A stretch of 64,000 bases of DNA from assembly GCA_977017645.1 (NCBI GenBank), contig OZ360232.1, positions 81,096,001-81,160,000 of the forward strand. Reading direction: 5' to 3'. The notes under the pieces are model-generated. The model worked only from the letters and a program-made list of their open reading frames with translations, searched no databases and was not told where the DNA came from. The DNA is from Torpedo marmorata. Taxonomy: Eukaryota. This document shows, piece by piece, positions 12,351 to 24,764 of the stretch. The translations under genes and the position numbers were made by a program. Every line of letters starts with the position of its first letter. Positions within the stretch are counted from its first letter, which is position 1.

Positions 12351-13419
12351 AATGACTAATAAATAAAATGGGGAAGTATTATACCGGTATATAATTTGTC
12401 TAGAGCGATGCTTTGCAGTAGAATTACAGCTGATCCTTGTTATAGCAAATACATTATATAAAAAAAAAAATCTCTCAAAATAAGCAATTGCCTTACCTTG
12501 GGGAAAAGGTAATATAGCTGTCATAAAAATGTTTTCATCTACGTTGCTTGATTTGAATCAAATATTGAATAATTTTAATAAATTCTATGAACTGATGTCC
12601 CTATATTTGATTGCTGTTTGCTCTTTTGATATTAGACAAAAATACTGATAAATGAAAGCATCCTAAAGATAGATAATAAAATGGAGAAATCTGAATTGCT
12701 TTGCATGGATTTTCATTGCATTTCTTGAGTGATAGTTCTGCCTGTTACCTTAATATAACATCAATTTTAAACATTGAGGCTCACAGCTTTAAAATGGCCC
12801 CACACAGGATTTTAATTGTTAGCTAAATCTGTATTGAAGATGCATGTTGAATTGGAGTAATAGTTTTTTGTCATCTTTATCATATTTAGATATGCTTTCA
12901 ACTAATTTTATATTGAGGTTTAATGCTTATTTACAAATGTATAACTGATAAAACACTTTCTTCACTCATTCTATTTCTGCGTTGCTGCTATAAAATTCCA
13001 GAAAGAGATTCACTTTTAGTACCTATAGAAGTGAATCTAACCATGTGGAAAAGGGCCAATAAACAGCTGCGCAGCTGAACCTAATCTTGCCCCACCCTGA
13101 TGGTTGTGAGTGCACTTTCAACAGAGGGTCACTTTTTAATCATCTGATCTCTTTGAAGCCACACAGATTAGGACTTTACATTTGATACCAAAAGGCAAGG
13201 TGGCAGATTGAAAATTAAGACCCTTTAATTGTGGCATGGTATTCATGGTAACTAATTTAATAAGGCAGAATTAATGAACCCCATAATTTTATTGTCAGAA
13301 TATTATGTACTTTGCCTTCCATGCATTTAGTCATTCATATCATGTACATGGTTAAGCATTCATTATTTTTGTCATATTGCCTGGACTCCCCACCTCCATG
13401 ATCTTTAGTCCTAAAAGTA

Positions 13420-13770
13420 GCATCTCAGCCTTGATTTCAACATTGTGGGTTCAAGGTACATTTTATTCACATATGAACTTTTCAGTAGATACTGGGCAAA
13501 TGCTGTATTTGGAGTTGATTTCTTTCGCATGAAGTGTTAAACTGAAGCCTGGACATCCTGGAGGGTTGGAGGTGAATCTTTGAGGAAGAGCAGGATAGTT
13601 CTCCTTGGTGGCTTGAGCACGATTTATCCTTCAGCCAATTATCTGGTTGTTTATCTCATTGCTGTATGTGAAAAATTGCTGTGTTCAAATTAACTGTCTT
13701 TTATTAAAATATAGCAGTGCGTGTGCTTCAGAAACTATCATTGGGTTTGAATTGATTTGACATGTTAGAG
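13420..13770 (+). mobile_element. DeuSINE (SacSINE1-like) remnant
   Basis: ttcagta.atactgg..., gaagagcagga.agttctcc..ggtg, atttatccttcagccaa and ttatctcattgctgt.tgtg match the shark DeuSINE consensus as I recall it. Confidence 0.6.
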
Positions 13771-14406
13771 AATTGGTAAACATATTCCGCTTATCCAATA
13801 CATTTCAAAATTTGAGCACAGAAATAATAAGAAATAACAATAGCGGCAAAACTATGGGCAATATTCTTGCCCATACAGCTTTAGATTGCTTCATGGATGA
13901 GTGTGTCATTTCAAATTCTGTACATTTCTGTCATAAATGTAATGTATTTTTTAAAATATTGAATGGAACCTTTCACAATTTTCCAATTATGAACACTACA
14001 GAAAGTTTATAACATAGTATAGTAGGCAATGTTGTGGAAAGGACTGTCGCTTGCTTTGAAATTTTAGTAATCCAGACATGACCATGGATTTAGTCAGCAC
14101 AAAAAAAATTGGTACTCAACACAATTTGGAAAATGTTCAGTTTTAATGTTTTGTAAATAATGCTTCTCATTATACTCAATTTATTGAACATTGAGCTTGA
14201 TACTACTGTGGCGTAGAATTTTGTTATCAATAGCATGCATTAAACTGAAATAAAGGATCTTAGACATTATTTTCTGATATTAAATTTAATTAATTATACA
14301 ACTATAGTATTAGATATTTAGTGGTATGGAATTTTGTAAATTAACAACAGATTTTTTAAGTAGTTCGGGTGCAGAGTTCAAGTTAGAAGTGATGTCATTC
14401 CTTGCA

Positions 14407-14650
14407 ATAAAAACACAATGCTGGAGAAACTCAGCAGGTCAAACAGTGTTCTTTAGATAGCAAAGATAAATAACCAGTGTTTCGGGCTTGAGCCTTTCAT
14501 CAAAGTATGAACATACCTTGATGAAGGGCTCAAGCCCGAAATGTTTGTTATGTATCTTTGCCATATAAAGCACACTGTTTGACCTACTGAGTTTCTCCAG
14601 CATTATGTTTTTACTTCAATCACGGTGTCTGCATACTTTCATGTTTTACT
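14407..14650. mobile_element. Fold-back (inverted pair) Penelope pLTR with hammerhead-like motifs, 11-bp TSD
   Basis: ~100-bp inverted arms centred near 14510. TSD cattccttgca at 14396-14406 and 14651-14661. Confidence 0.8.
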
Positions 14651-15379
14651 CATTCCTTGCAGTGTTATCAATGCTGTGCTAAAATAAAAATCTCATGTCG
14701 TACTCACCAAAAGTTGCATCAGGATAATACACAAAAAAATATAAAGGAAATATGAAAGAAGGCATTTGCAGCAATACTGCCAACTGCACTGACAGATGGT
14801 AGAGTAAGCAGTTAACTTTATGAATGTATTTTGCATTGAGATTACAATTGCATTTTGGAGCTCCAGTTAAATGTAGTAATTGATGATAGAGTAATTATGT
14901 TTAAAAGTCTGAGATGCAGAATATTTTGCAGTTTATCTTTGCACCCATTTGCTTGTGATTTCACATCTTCCAAGATATGCAAATACTATTGAAAAGTAAG
15001 TGTCTAACACTTGCTGTCTTCTGGCACAAGTGCATATTGGTGTTTGGGAGCAATTTTCTTTACGATTGAGGTTCTCCTGTATCTAAAACTGAGTAAAGGG
15101 GCAGATGGTGGGCAAGTATCACAACCTGCTTTTGTCATCTCAGTTGTAAATAGTCAGTCTTAATTATTTAAAACCAATTAGTCAAGCATAAAATGAAAAC
15201 TGGCCATCCTTTACATTCATTTTTTTCCCCAATACATGGCCATCAAGTCTATTCTGGCTCTCAACAGGTATCCATCAGTCCAATTCTTTTGCTTATTTCT
15301 GTATAACTCGTTCTCCCCATATGCCCTTCAAGTCCCAGTTCTCTTGCCATCACGTGCACCTTGCCTATTATCAGTAGCT

Positions 15380-15520
15380 AGTTAACATACCAGCATATTT
15401 TTGACATATGGGCAGAGGCCAAAGCATCGGGGGAAACCCACACAGTCACGGAGAGCACACAGCCTCGATCAGGATCAAATCTAGGTTGCTGGAGCCTGGT
15501 GGCAGCAGCTCTAACTCCTG
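15380..15520 (-). mobile_element. tRNA-derived SINE remnant
   Basis: ggaaacccacacagtcacgg...ggatcaaatctagg motif with a B-box-like sequence on the minus strand. A related copy lies at ~26540-26690. Confidence 0.45.
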
Positions 15521-16369
15521 TTATAATTGTAACTTCAGTTCTCATTCTTAAACAACTTTAAGAGATTCAAATAGAATTTTTCTTTGTTGTGTTGAAGTAC
15601 ATGTGTTGTGTTTTTTTCATCCAATGACATACACTGTACTTGGTTTGCTTTGTTCAAATGATGTATCTCGCAGAAAATGTCTGATGAAGACAATCTGGCA
15701 AAGAAGGCAATGCTAGTTCAGACCCAAATTTTCTTGACATTTTACCTGGTGTACTTGAATTTTCTAATATCAACAACAAATGTTCTTGTATTCATTTCAT
15801 AAGAACATGAATAGGAGCAAGAGTAAGCAGTCTCGAGCCTGTTCTAACATGGCTCTCTCGTGTCCAATTCCCCTAATTATTAATTTCCCCTGCAGCTCGA
15901 ATATCAGTGGTCACACAAAATGAAAATGGAAATACTCAGCAGGTTAATCTATAGAGAGAGATGGTCTTAACATTTCAGTTGAGGAGGTGGGAGTGGAATG
16001 GAGAATTAAAATTCTATCATTCAACACATGTGCTTCCATAAAACATTGAGCACTTAATATGGTATTCTGAATTGGAACAAGTACAAGTCAATCAGTGACA
16101 GGAAGGTGTCATGAGAAAATTAGTGGGTATCAATGGAGAAGAAAGAGTTGACACGATGTGTCCTGTTTTAGGGGGTGGCAAAAAATAACAGAACGTGATC
16201 CATTTAACATGGAGTGCAGTAGAGTAAGAAAGTAAAAATAAGGTAACCCTGATTGCCTTTGCCAGATGATGGTAAATTTGTCCATTTATTAGTCTTTTCT
16301 GAACTTGTGGCCAGTATGTTGATGGTAATGTTAGTGTGCAGGAAATCTGAAATAAAAAGAGAAAATTAT

Positions 16370-18305
16370 GGAAATGACTTCCGTTTGTGACCTGCTTAGT
16401 TCTTCCAGCACTTTTGTGTATTGAAAATGTTGAAAACACTTGGCAAACTCTTATTTATGACAAAGTGGCTAATTTAAGACAAGCCTCATTAGTTAAAATC
16501 AAGAACGCCTGGGAGCAAGATTTGAACCTTTCGCTTTCCAATGAGGTTTGGGATTCTATTTTTAATTTGATTAACACTATTTCCTTTTGTGCATGGCATT
16601 GTTTGCTGCAATTTAAAGTGGTCCACAGAGCACATATATCTAAAGTTAAATTGTCCTGTTTTTATTCAGATATAAATCCTTTGTGACAAATGTAAAATAG
16701 TTGATGCCTCTTTAGTTCATATGTTCTGGACCGGCGATTCTAAATTTAAAATTGGAACCTTGTCCTTGCTCTTTTTGGAATATTTTAAGAGGATGATGTA
16801 TTACTGACTTCCATTCAGAGCCGAATTTTATCTTTTACTTCGTTGATAGCCAGAAGTGCAATTTTGATAAAATGGAAAGATAATACCCCACCGACACATG
16901 CTCAGTGGCTAAACAATATTATGTCTTGCTTAAATCTAGAAAAATTTAGATATGCTATCAAGGATTCAAATATTAAATTCCAAAAGACATGGGGGCTCAT
17001 TTATGGACTACTATCATAATCTCAAGATTTAAGTGTTGTTCTGGAATCTTAGCGATGGTTGCCCCTCTCCAAGAAGGTGTTACTTGATTAATATATGTCA
17101 ATTTTCAACCTTGCTTAGAGGAAGAGGTTTGGAATTTTTTTCTCTTTTTTTTCTTTTGTGATTTTACAATTACTGGATAGATTTGGAAGTTTATCGGGAT
17201 ATAAATTGAATTTAGGTAAAAGCAAATTAATGGTGATAAAATCACTTTATGTACTACCATTTCAAGTTCCTTTTAAGGTACCGGTAGTTAAAAAAATATT
17301 TAATATATCTTGGGGTTAACATTACAGTGAAATTTGATCACCTCTATAAAGAGAATTTTTTTCCTCTATTGAATAAAGTTAAAAATTTAACTAAAGGGTG
17401 GTCTCCGTTAATTATGTCTTTCTACAGGTCAGTGCAATTCTGGGGTAGGTGGTAGGCTAGTTTAGATTGCTTTAGCTTTTATAAAAAAATGTATTATGAA
17501 ATTACTATTTTTTTGTGGCTTGGTTCTTTTTATACCTATTGGTATTATAATACTAAATTGTAAAGAAAAAAAAATGATATATATCTGTAATGTATACTCT
17601 GTTATGGATGGATTCATGGAACATGTGATAATGCTTTTCTTTGCTTTTTTTTTTCCTGTAAACGTATATAGTGAATGAACTGTTATATCCATGATTTTAT
17701 GGAATTAATAAAGAGATTTAAAAAAGAAAGGAACTTTGTCCTTTAATTGCTCTTTTTGGAATATCTTAAGAGGATGATGTATTACTGACTTCCATTCAGA
17801 GCCAAATTTTATCTTTTACTTTGTTGATAGCCAGAAATGCAATTTTGATAAAATGGAAAGATAATACCCCACCGACTCATGCTCAGTGGCTAAACAATAT
17901 TATGTCTTGCTTAAATCTAGAAAAAATTAGATATGCTATCAAGGATTCAAATATTAAATTCCAAAGGACATGGGGGCTCATTTATGGACTACTATCATAA
18001 TCTCAAGATTTAAATGTTGTTCTGGAATCTTGGCACTGTGTTGTCCCTCTCCAAGAAGGTGTTACTTGATTCATATACGTCAATTTTCAACCTTGCTTAG
18101 AGGAAGGGGTTTTGAATTTTTTTTCTCTTCCTTTTTTTTTCTTTTGTGTTTTGTTATGTTTTATTTCATTATCAAGAATGTACTCTGGATTCTTTAATTA
18201 TGTTTATATTTGTAATTTTTTTTCTAATTTTGTAGCATATTGTATAATTGTACTGTTCAATTGTTTATACTTTAAAATACCAATAAAAATATTTTTAAAA
18301 GAAAA
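16370..18305 (+). mobile_element. L1-clade LINE 3' portions (two elements, internal duplication)
   Basis: IKNAWEQDL..LLQFKVVHRAHISKVKL..CDKC..HMFWT (zf-RVT/C-terminal). A second piece reads SGYKLNLGKS/YLGVNIT at ~17180-17420. AATAAA plus A-rich tails at ~17706 and ~18282. Confidence 0.8.
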
Positions 18306-18586
18306 CACTTGGCAGTTTAGACAGAATTATGGAAAGAGAATATTTTTAAGTTTCAAGTTAAAATCCTTCATCAGAAGTTGATGGATAGATAAAACAAAAA
18401 AGAATGTTTCTGATGGGTCTGACCAAATAATAATGTTGCAGTTAAATGGAAGATTATACTGCTTTACCTATGTAATGTATTGCTAGTCGAAAGGTGTGGG
18501 ACTTGCCCAGCGGGCCATTCTATACATACAGGAAAAAAATGAGAAATAATTTTCGGCAGAAATTATCAGTTTTGATGCAGATGGAT

Positions 18587-18720
18587 GGAAAGAGTTACCT
18601 AAAGTTGGAAGGAAAAGAGTTACCTAAAGTTGGAAGGAAAAGAGTTACCTAAAGTTGGAAGGAAAAGAGTTACCTAAAGTTGGAAGGAAAAGAGTTACCT
18701 AAAGTTGGAAGGAAAAGAGT
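18587..18720. repeat. Perfect 25-bp tandem repeat, ~5.3 copies
   Basis: (agagttacctaaagttggaaggaaa)x5. Confidence 0.95.
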
Positions 18721-19419
18721 GCCCAGACGGAAGATCAGGTGTTCTTCCTCAAGCTTGCATGGGACTTGTACTAACAGCATAGGAGGCCATACACAGGCCA
18801 TTATGTACCATATACAGGTCTTTTGCAAAGTGATCATGCAATCTCTATTGTAGATCCTTCATTATAGAAGAGGCCACATTGTGAACACCGAGTGTCGTAC
18901 ACTAGATTGTAAGAAGTGCAAGTGAGGTGCTGGGTCTCACGATGATGAGAAGAGATGAATAGATAGGCAATGCATCTCTTGTTGCATGGGTAAGAGTTAT
19001 ACAATAGTGGTTGATGGGGAAGGAATAATAGACCAGGAAATCACAGAAGAACAATCCCTTCAGAACGTGGAGAGGAGAATGTGTCTTGTGAAATCTTATT
19101 GGTGTTGGCGGAAATTCCAAATGATAATCTGTTGAATGCAGAAGCTGGTGTTGTGAAAAATAAGCATTGGGTGTTTGTTTTTGCTCCTTCTGGGGTGAGA
19201 AATGAGGTGATGCTCATTAGTATTCTGTCTTGTAATCCAGAGGTCAGAACTAATGATGCAAAGATTTAATTCAAATCCTCCTCTGAATATAAATTTTCTT
19301 GCTGCCAATTATTTAGATTAGATCTTCATTCCACATTATTTATGTTGCTACTGGATGGATTGTCATTAAAACCTATTCTGTTCATTGAGTTTCACAAACT
19401 AGCTTATTCGCAATCTACC

Positions 19420-20837
19420 TCTCATTTTCAACCTCTCATTGTGGCAGTCAGAGGTTCCCACCTGCTTCAAAAGGGCATCAATCATCCCGGTACCCAAGAA
19501 GAGTAGTGTGGGCTGCCTCAACGACTACCGCCCAGTAGCACTAACTTCTACTGTGATGAAATGCTTTGAGAGGCTGGTCATGGCCAGAATTAACACGTAC
19601 CTAAGCAAAGATCTGGACCCACTACAATTCGCCTATCGTCACAATCGCTCCACAGCAGATGCAATATCGCTGGCTCTCCACTCAGCTCTGGATCACCTCG
19701 AAAACAGCAATTCAGACATACGGCTGCTCTTCATCGACTACAGCTCGTCCTTTTATACCATTATTCCCTCAGTGCTGGTCAAGAAGCTACAAACTCTAAG
19801 CCTCTGTACCCACTCTGCAACTGGATCCTTGACTTTCTCATCGGAAGACCACAGTCAGTACGAATTGGAAACAACGTCTCCTCCTCACTGATTATCAACA
19901 CAGGCGCACCCCAAGGATGCGTGCTTAGTCCACTGCTCTACTCGTTATACACCCATGACTGTGTGGCCAGGCACAATTCCAATGCCATCTACAAGTTTGC
20001 CGATGACACCACAGTTGTTGGCAGAATCGCAAACGGCAACGAGGAAACGTACAGGAGGGAGATAGATCAGCTCGTTGAATGGTGTAACGATAACGACCTT
20101 GCACTCAACGTCAGCAAAACCAAGGAGATGATTGTGGACTTCAGGAGGAAGTCAGGGGAACACAACCCAGTCCTCATCGAGGGCTCCCTTGTGGAGAGGG
20201 TCAAGAACTTCAAATTCCTGGGTGTCAACATCTCTGAGGATCTGTCCTGGAGCCTCCACGTTGATGCAATCACAAAGAAAGCTCGCCAGCAGCTATACTT
20301 TGTGAGGTGTCTGAGGAGATTCGGTATGTCACCGAAGACTCGTAAACTTCTACAGGTGTACCGTGGAGAGCATTCTGGCTGGTTGCATCACTGCCTGGTA
20401 TGGAGGCGCTAACTCTCAGCACAAGAATAAACTCCAGAGGGTTGTTAACTCGGCCTGTGACATCACAGGCACCAGACTTCACTCCATCAAGGACATCTAC
20501 AAGAAGTGGTGTCTTAAAAAAAGCAGCCTCTGTCCTCAAAGACCCCCACCACCCAGACCATGCCCTCTTCACTCTGCTACCATCGGGGAAAAAAGGTACA
20601 GGAACCTAAAGTCGAGCACTCAACGGCACAAGGACAGCTTCTTCCCCGCTGCCATCAGATTCCTGAATAATCAATGAACCAAAGACACTGCCTTACTTTT
20701 CATGCACTATTACGGTATTTATATTTTTTTTATAGTGATGTCGTAAGATGGTTATAATATGAATGTTTGCACTCTGATGCTGCCGCAAAACACCGAATTT
20801 CATGACTTGTTCCTGACAATAAATTCTGATTCTGAAA
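19420..20837 (+). mobile_element. Rex1/Babar LINE, 5'-truncated, frameshifted
   Basis: [47 protein letters not shown], and a DUF1891-type C-terminus. Tail gacaataaattctgattctga. Confidence 0.92.
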
Positions 20838-20944
20838 TGTCTGAGCTCTGGTATCTCAATTGGGAATGCTACCTCAGTCTGTTTATGCAAAAACAAAACC
20901 TGACAAGTCATTCTCATAGAGTTGTAACTTTTGTTCAATGTCAT

Positions 20945-21060
20945 AGTCAGATTTCAGATTTATTGTCAAGAGTACATACATGACGTCACATACAACCCTG
21001 AGATTCTTTTTTCCTGCGGGCATGGCAGAATTACCACTAATTGGTAGTGCAAAAAAAAAT
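20945..21060 (-). mobile_element. Short 3'-tail fragment of a second Rex1/Babar subfamily
   Basis: Near-identical to 24770-24880. Confidence 0.75.
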
Positions 21061-22074
21061 CCCGCCAATGGAATTGACCAGGTGGTGGCAATTGGGACTA
21101 AATGGTCTTGGGGTCCACAAAATTGCCTCTGCGCACCATGGCATTATCTGGTATTAGTTCTGAAACAACAGTTAAGGGAGGTTCGTGTGGATTGCATCTA
21201 CCAATTCTCCCAGTTGTTGTTCATTTTCGTACCATTCAGAAATACAGTAACAAGGGCAGAGTATATACATCAGGGGAACTTTGGTGTGTGTTGGTAGCTT
21301 GGTTAGAACACCAACTGATCAAGCTTGTTGTCCAGAAGATGAGGCTGAGGGAGTAGTTCACCTTGCCCTCCTAGCGAGCCTTACACCATGAAAGAATTCA
21401 TTCCAATTGACCTGTCACAAATAATGTTTGTTGTTTTAAAGTTGCAAATTTTATACCATATTACATGTATTTGTGGTTGTCCAGATCTCATTCATGTACT
21501 AGAACAGCTTAATGCACCAGTCGGATCAAAAGAACAGGTTGAGGTTAGAAACCGCATTATGCCTTAATCAGAATTATTCCAACATCTTTGTCAACCCAAG
21601 ATAAAATGTTAACATCTGATTTCTTGGTATTGTTTCCTTTTTCATCTGTGCTAAAGAATGCTAAACTGCTTGTTACTATTTTTTGCTGGAAGGATAGTTT
21701 GAGAAGCTTATAAGCAGCAATATGAGAACCAAGTACAATAGAAATAAAGCAGTTGGGATCTGAAGAAAGGTTGGAATAAAGTCTGCCTCCTTTTAAGTTG
21801 CAGGATTTTTTCAACTTTCTGAAAATTGGGAGGATTTCTTATTTGCACTGTGTCCAGATACAATTAGATTTTAAAGCACTGGTAAAAATGAGTTGTTTGA
21901 AAGTTATAATCACTATTTTAACCTTTGTGGCTTTGCCACATTGTTTAGGGAAGATCTATACTAATCAACTGACTTGCCTGTGAGAAGCTCTTATTCTGTC
22001 AGGAAAAAATGAAAGTTTCGGATATAGAACCAGCTATTACATTGTATCCTGTGCCAGTTATAATAGGAAATAAG

Positions 22075-22800
22075 AATTTTTAAAAAAGTGGAAGCAGCAG
22101 TAGGCCATCTTGCCCATCCAGCCTGCTCCACATTCAATAAGATCATGGTTGATCTGGCTGTGGTTTCAGCTCCATTTAAACACCTGTTCCCCATAACCTA
22201 AAATTCCCCAATTGTTCCAAAATTAACCTATCTAGATCTTAAATGCATTTAATGAGGCAGCCTCTATTGTTTCGTTTGGGCAGAGAATTCCACAGGTTCA
22301 TTAGTCTCTGCAAGAAGCAGTTCATCCTGATCTGTCATAAATCTGCTCCTCAGAAGCTTGAGGCTATGCCCCCTAGTTCTGGTCTCACCTGCTAATAGAA
22401 ATCCACCTCACTGCTTCTAGCTTGCCTATTCCTTTCACTATTTTGTGTTTCTGTAAGATTACCCCATCATCCTTCTAAACTCCAATGAGTATAATCCCAG
22501 GTAACTTGATCTCTCTCTAACTTCATTTCCAGAATTAACCTGGCGAGTCGCCTCTGAACCGGCTCCATAGCCAGTATATCCTTCCTCCAGTAAGGAGATG
22601 AGAATTGCACATGCAGTACTCCAGGTGCGGTCTCGCCAAAACCTTCTGCAGTTACAGCACAACCTCCCTGCTCTTAAATCCAATCCAAGCCAATATCCCA
22701 TTTGCCTTGATTATCTGCTGCAACTGCAAACCAACTTTTTGTGATTCATGTACAAGCACTCTCAGGCCTCTCTGCACAAGAGAATGCTGCAATTTTTCAC
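22075..22800 (-). mobile_element. CR1 LINE 3' fragment
   Basis: LGLYSLEFRRM.G remnant and CR1 3'UTR (gatcagccatgatctt-type). Confidence 0.7.
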
Positions 22801-23001
22801 CTTTTTTTCTTCTATGATGTCATGTTTACCAAAGTGTAGTGTACTGGAGCCACACCATTTTTATTTTTTTTTGTAATGGGAAAAATGAATAAAAGGGGGG
22901 CCATGGATAAAAATCTCACTGAAGTGAGCAGCATATAAGTGGAAAAGCAGAGTAACTTTTCAATGCTTGAATGTGATGTGGAGGACACTTGTTTCAAACT
23001 A

Positions 23002-23074
23002 CAGTGGACCCCCCTTATCCGCGGTTTCGCTTTCCGCAGTTTCAGTTACCCGCAGTCCGAAAATATTAAATGGG
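23002..23074 (+). mobile_element. Tigger2/MER8-like DNA transposon left end (rest in gap)
   Basis: TA|CAGTGGACCCCCCTTATCCGCGGTTTCGCTTTCCGCAGTTTCAGTTACCCGCAGTCCGAAAATATTAAATGG. Confidence 0.7.
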
Positions 23075-23298
23075 NNNNNNNNNNNNNNNNNNNNNNNNNN
23101 NNNNNNNNNNNNNNNNNNNNNNNNNNNNNNNNNNNNNNNNNNNNNNNNNNNNNNNNNNNNNNNNNNNNNNNNNNNNNNNNNNNNNNNNNNNNNNNNNNNN
23201 NNNNNNNNNNNNNNNNNNNNNNNNNNNNNNNNNNNNNNNNNNNNNNNNNNNNNNNNNNNNNNNNNNNNNNNNNNNNNNNNNNNNNNNNNNNNNNNNNN
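23075..23298. other. Assembly gap
   Basis: N run. Confidence 1.
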
Positions 23299-23780
23299 TA
23301 ATTGATTATTGAATTAACGTCTAACTCATATCCACTTTCAAGTTTTTTTTTTAACACAAGCTGCAGTCTCCTGTGTACCATGATATTCTGTATTTGTCTA
23401 TATGTTCTTTTAATTTTGTATCTTTTAATCATATGTTCTTGTCTCTAGGATATTTTCTGACTCCACAAAATATTAAATAATGCCAGAATAATTTTTGCAA
23501 TTTCACTTTTTTAAAAAAAAAACAAAACTCCATAAATGCCCATGAATTAAAATAGTCTTTCCTAAGAATTTATGAAATTATTTCAAACTTTCTTTGGGCA
23601 TCTCAGGCATTTTTCTGACATTCACATCCCTCTCTTTTCAATATCAAAGTTTTTAAATCAATTTTGTTACTTTTGCTCCTTTGTTATAAACATTCCTGAA
23701 AGGTGACGTGAACATAATGTGCATTAATTGAATATAGCCAGATGTATCGGGTACTATACAGTAATTTTAGCTACCAGAAT

Positions 23781-24029
23781 AACCTAACAGCACCAATAGC
23801 CTGAATACAACTGGGATTGTCTGATCTCGGAAGCTCAGCAGGCACAAGGACTGGTCAGTACTTGGATGGGAGACCGCCTAGGAACACCAAGTGCTGTAGG
23901 TTTCTGTGAGGGGAGCTGGACAAAGTAGTGACTCTGTCTGCCTTAAGGTTGACAAAAATTAAAGAATTTCCTGTATGTTACATTCTAAAAAATGTAGTAT
24001 TACGTGACAATAATGGAACCTTACCTTAC
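23781..24029 (+). mobile_element. 5S rRNA-derived SINE (SINE3-like) or 5S pseudogene with a LINE-like tail
   Basis: gtctgatctcggaagctcagcagg...ctggtcagtacttggatgggagaccgcctaggaacacc.agtgctgtaggttt (to 23903) is a diverged 5S, followed by ~125 bp ending gacaataatggaaccttacctt. Confidence 0.75.
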
Positions 24030-24764
24030 TACACGGAAATTCTAAAAGTTGGATTGAGTCGTTTCTGATCAAGCTAAGTCTTAAGCGGACATTAGGATTT
24101 AATTGAAGTTTATATCTGCAATTTGAAGCATATTGCATGAAGATTTTTTACAAAAGATTTCTTGTATGGCAAATAACTAATTTTTAAACTTGTTAACTTG
24201 CAAATCAACGTAGTACAGGTACTGAACCAAATCTGTAGAAATATTTTCAAACATTAAAATTAAATTTTAACTTGAAGGTTTAGTAGAATTGAATGGCAGG
24301 ATTTTGCATGCTGGTGAATAACTTATTTATGAATTGCCTTTGATTGTAACCACATCTCCTGCATAAATTGTGGCAAAGAGAATAAAGGAGATTTTTGCAG
24401 TTTTTTTTTTTTTCTGACCTTGATGCCATAAAATTAAGATGCTGTGCCTCCAACTTTATCCATATAATACAGGCAATGCAGTGCTAATTCTGACTTTCAA
24501 TTTTCCCAGCTTGTAAGTAGTACTTATTGATAATATTTAAATTTACTGAGGTAAATGTGATTTTATAAGTAAATGTAAGGTATTTCATTGCGGTGTCTAG
24601 AGGAGGAAGGAAAAACAAATTACAAACTCCTTTGGCAACACAGATGTTATTGTGCAGACTAATAGGTAGTAGATATACTGTAACTGAAATTACCGGTATT
24701 TGCAATTTTGTAAAAGAAAGTACTTGCTTTTATGTATTTTTTAAATGAGCTTTTGCTGAAATTC

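Noticed and set aside
18587-18720. CRISPR-like array (also 29668-29886)
   Set aside because: Head-to-tail repeats without spacers, in a eukaryotic context.
22939-23432. ORFs spanning N runs (also 8902-9156)
   Set aside because: Artefacts of assembly gaps.
23781-23903. Functional 5S rRNA gene
   Set aside because: Many substitutions and indels, a single copy rather than an array, and a retroposon-like tail.
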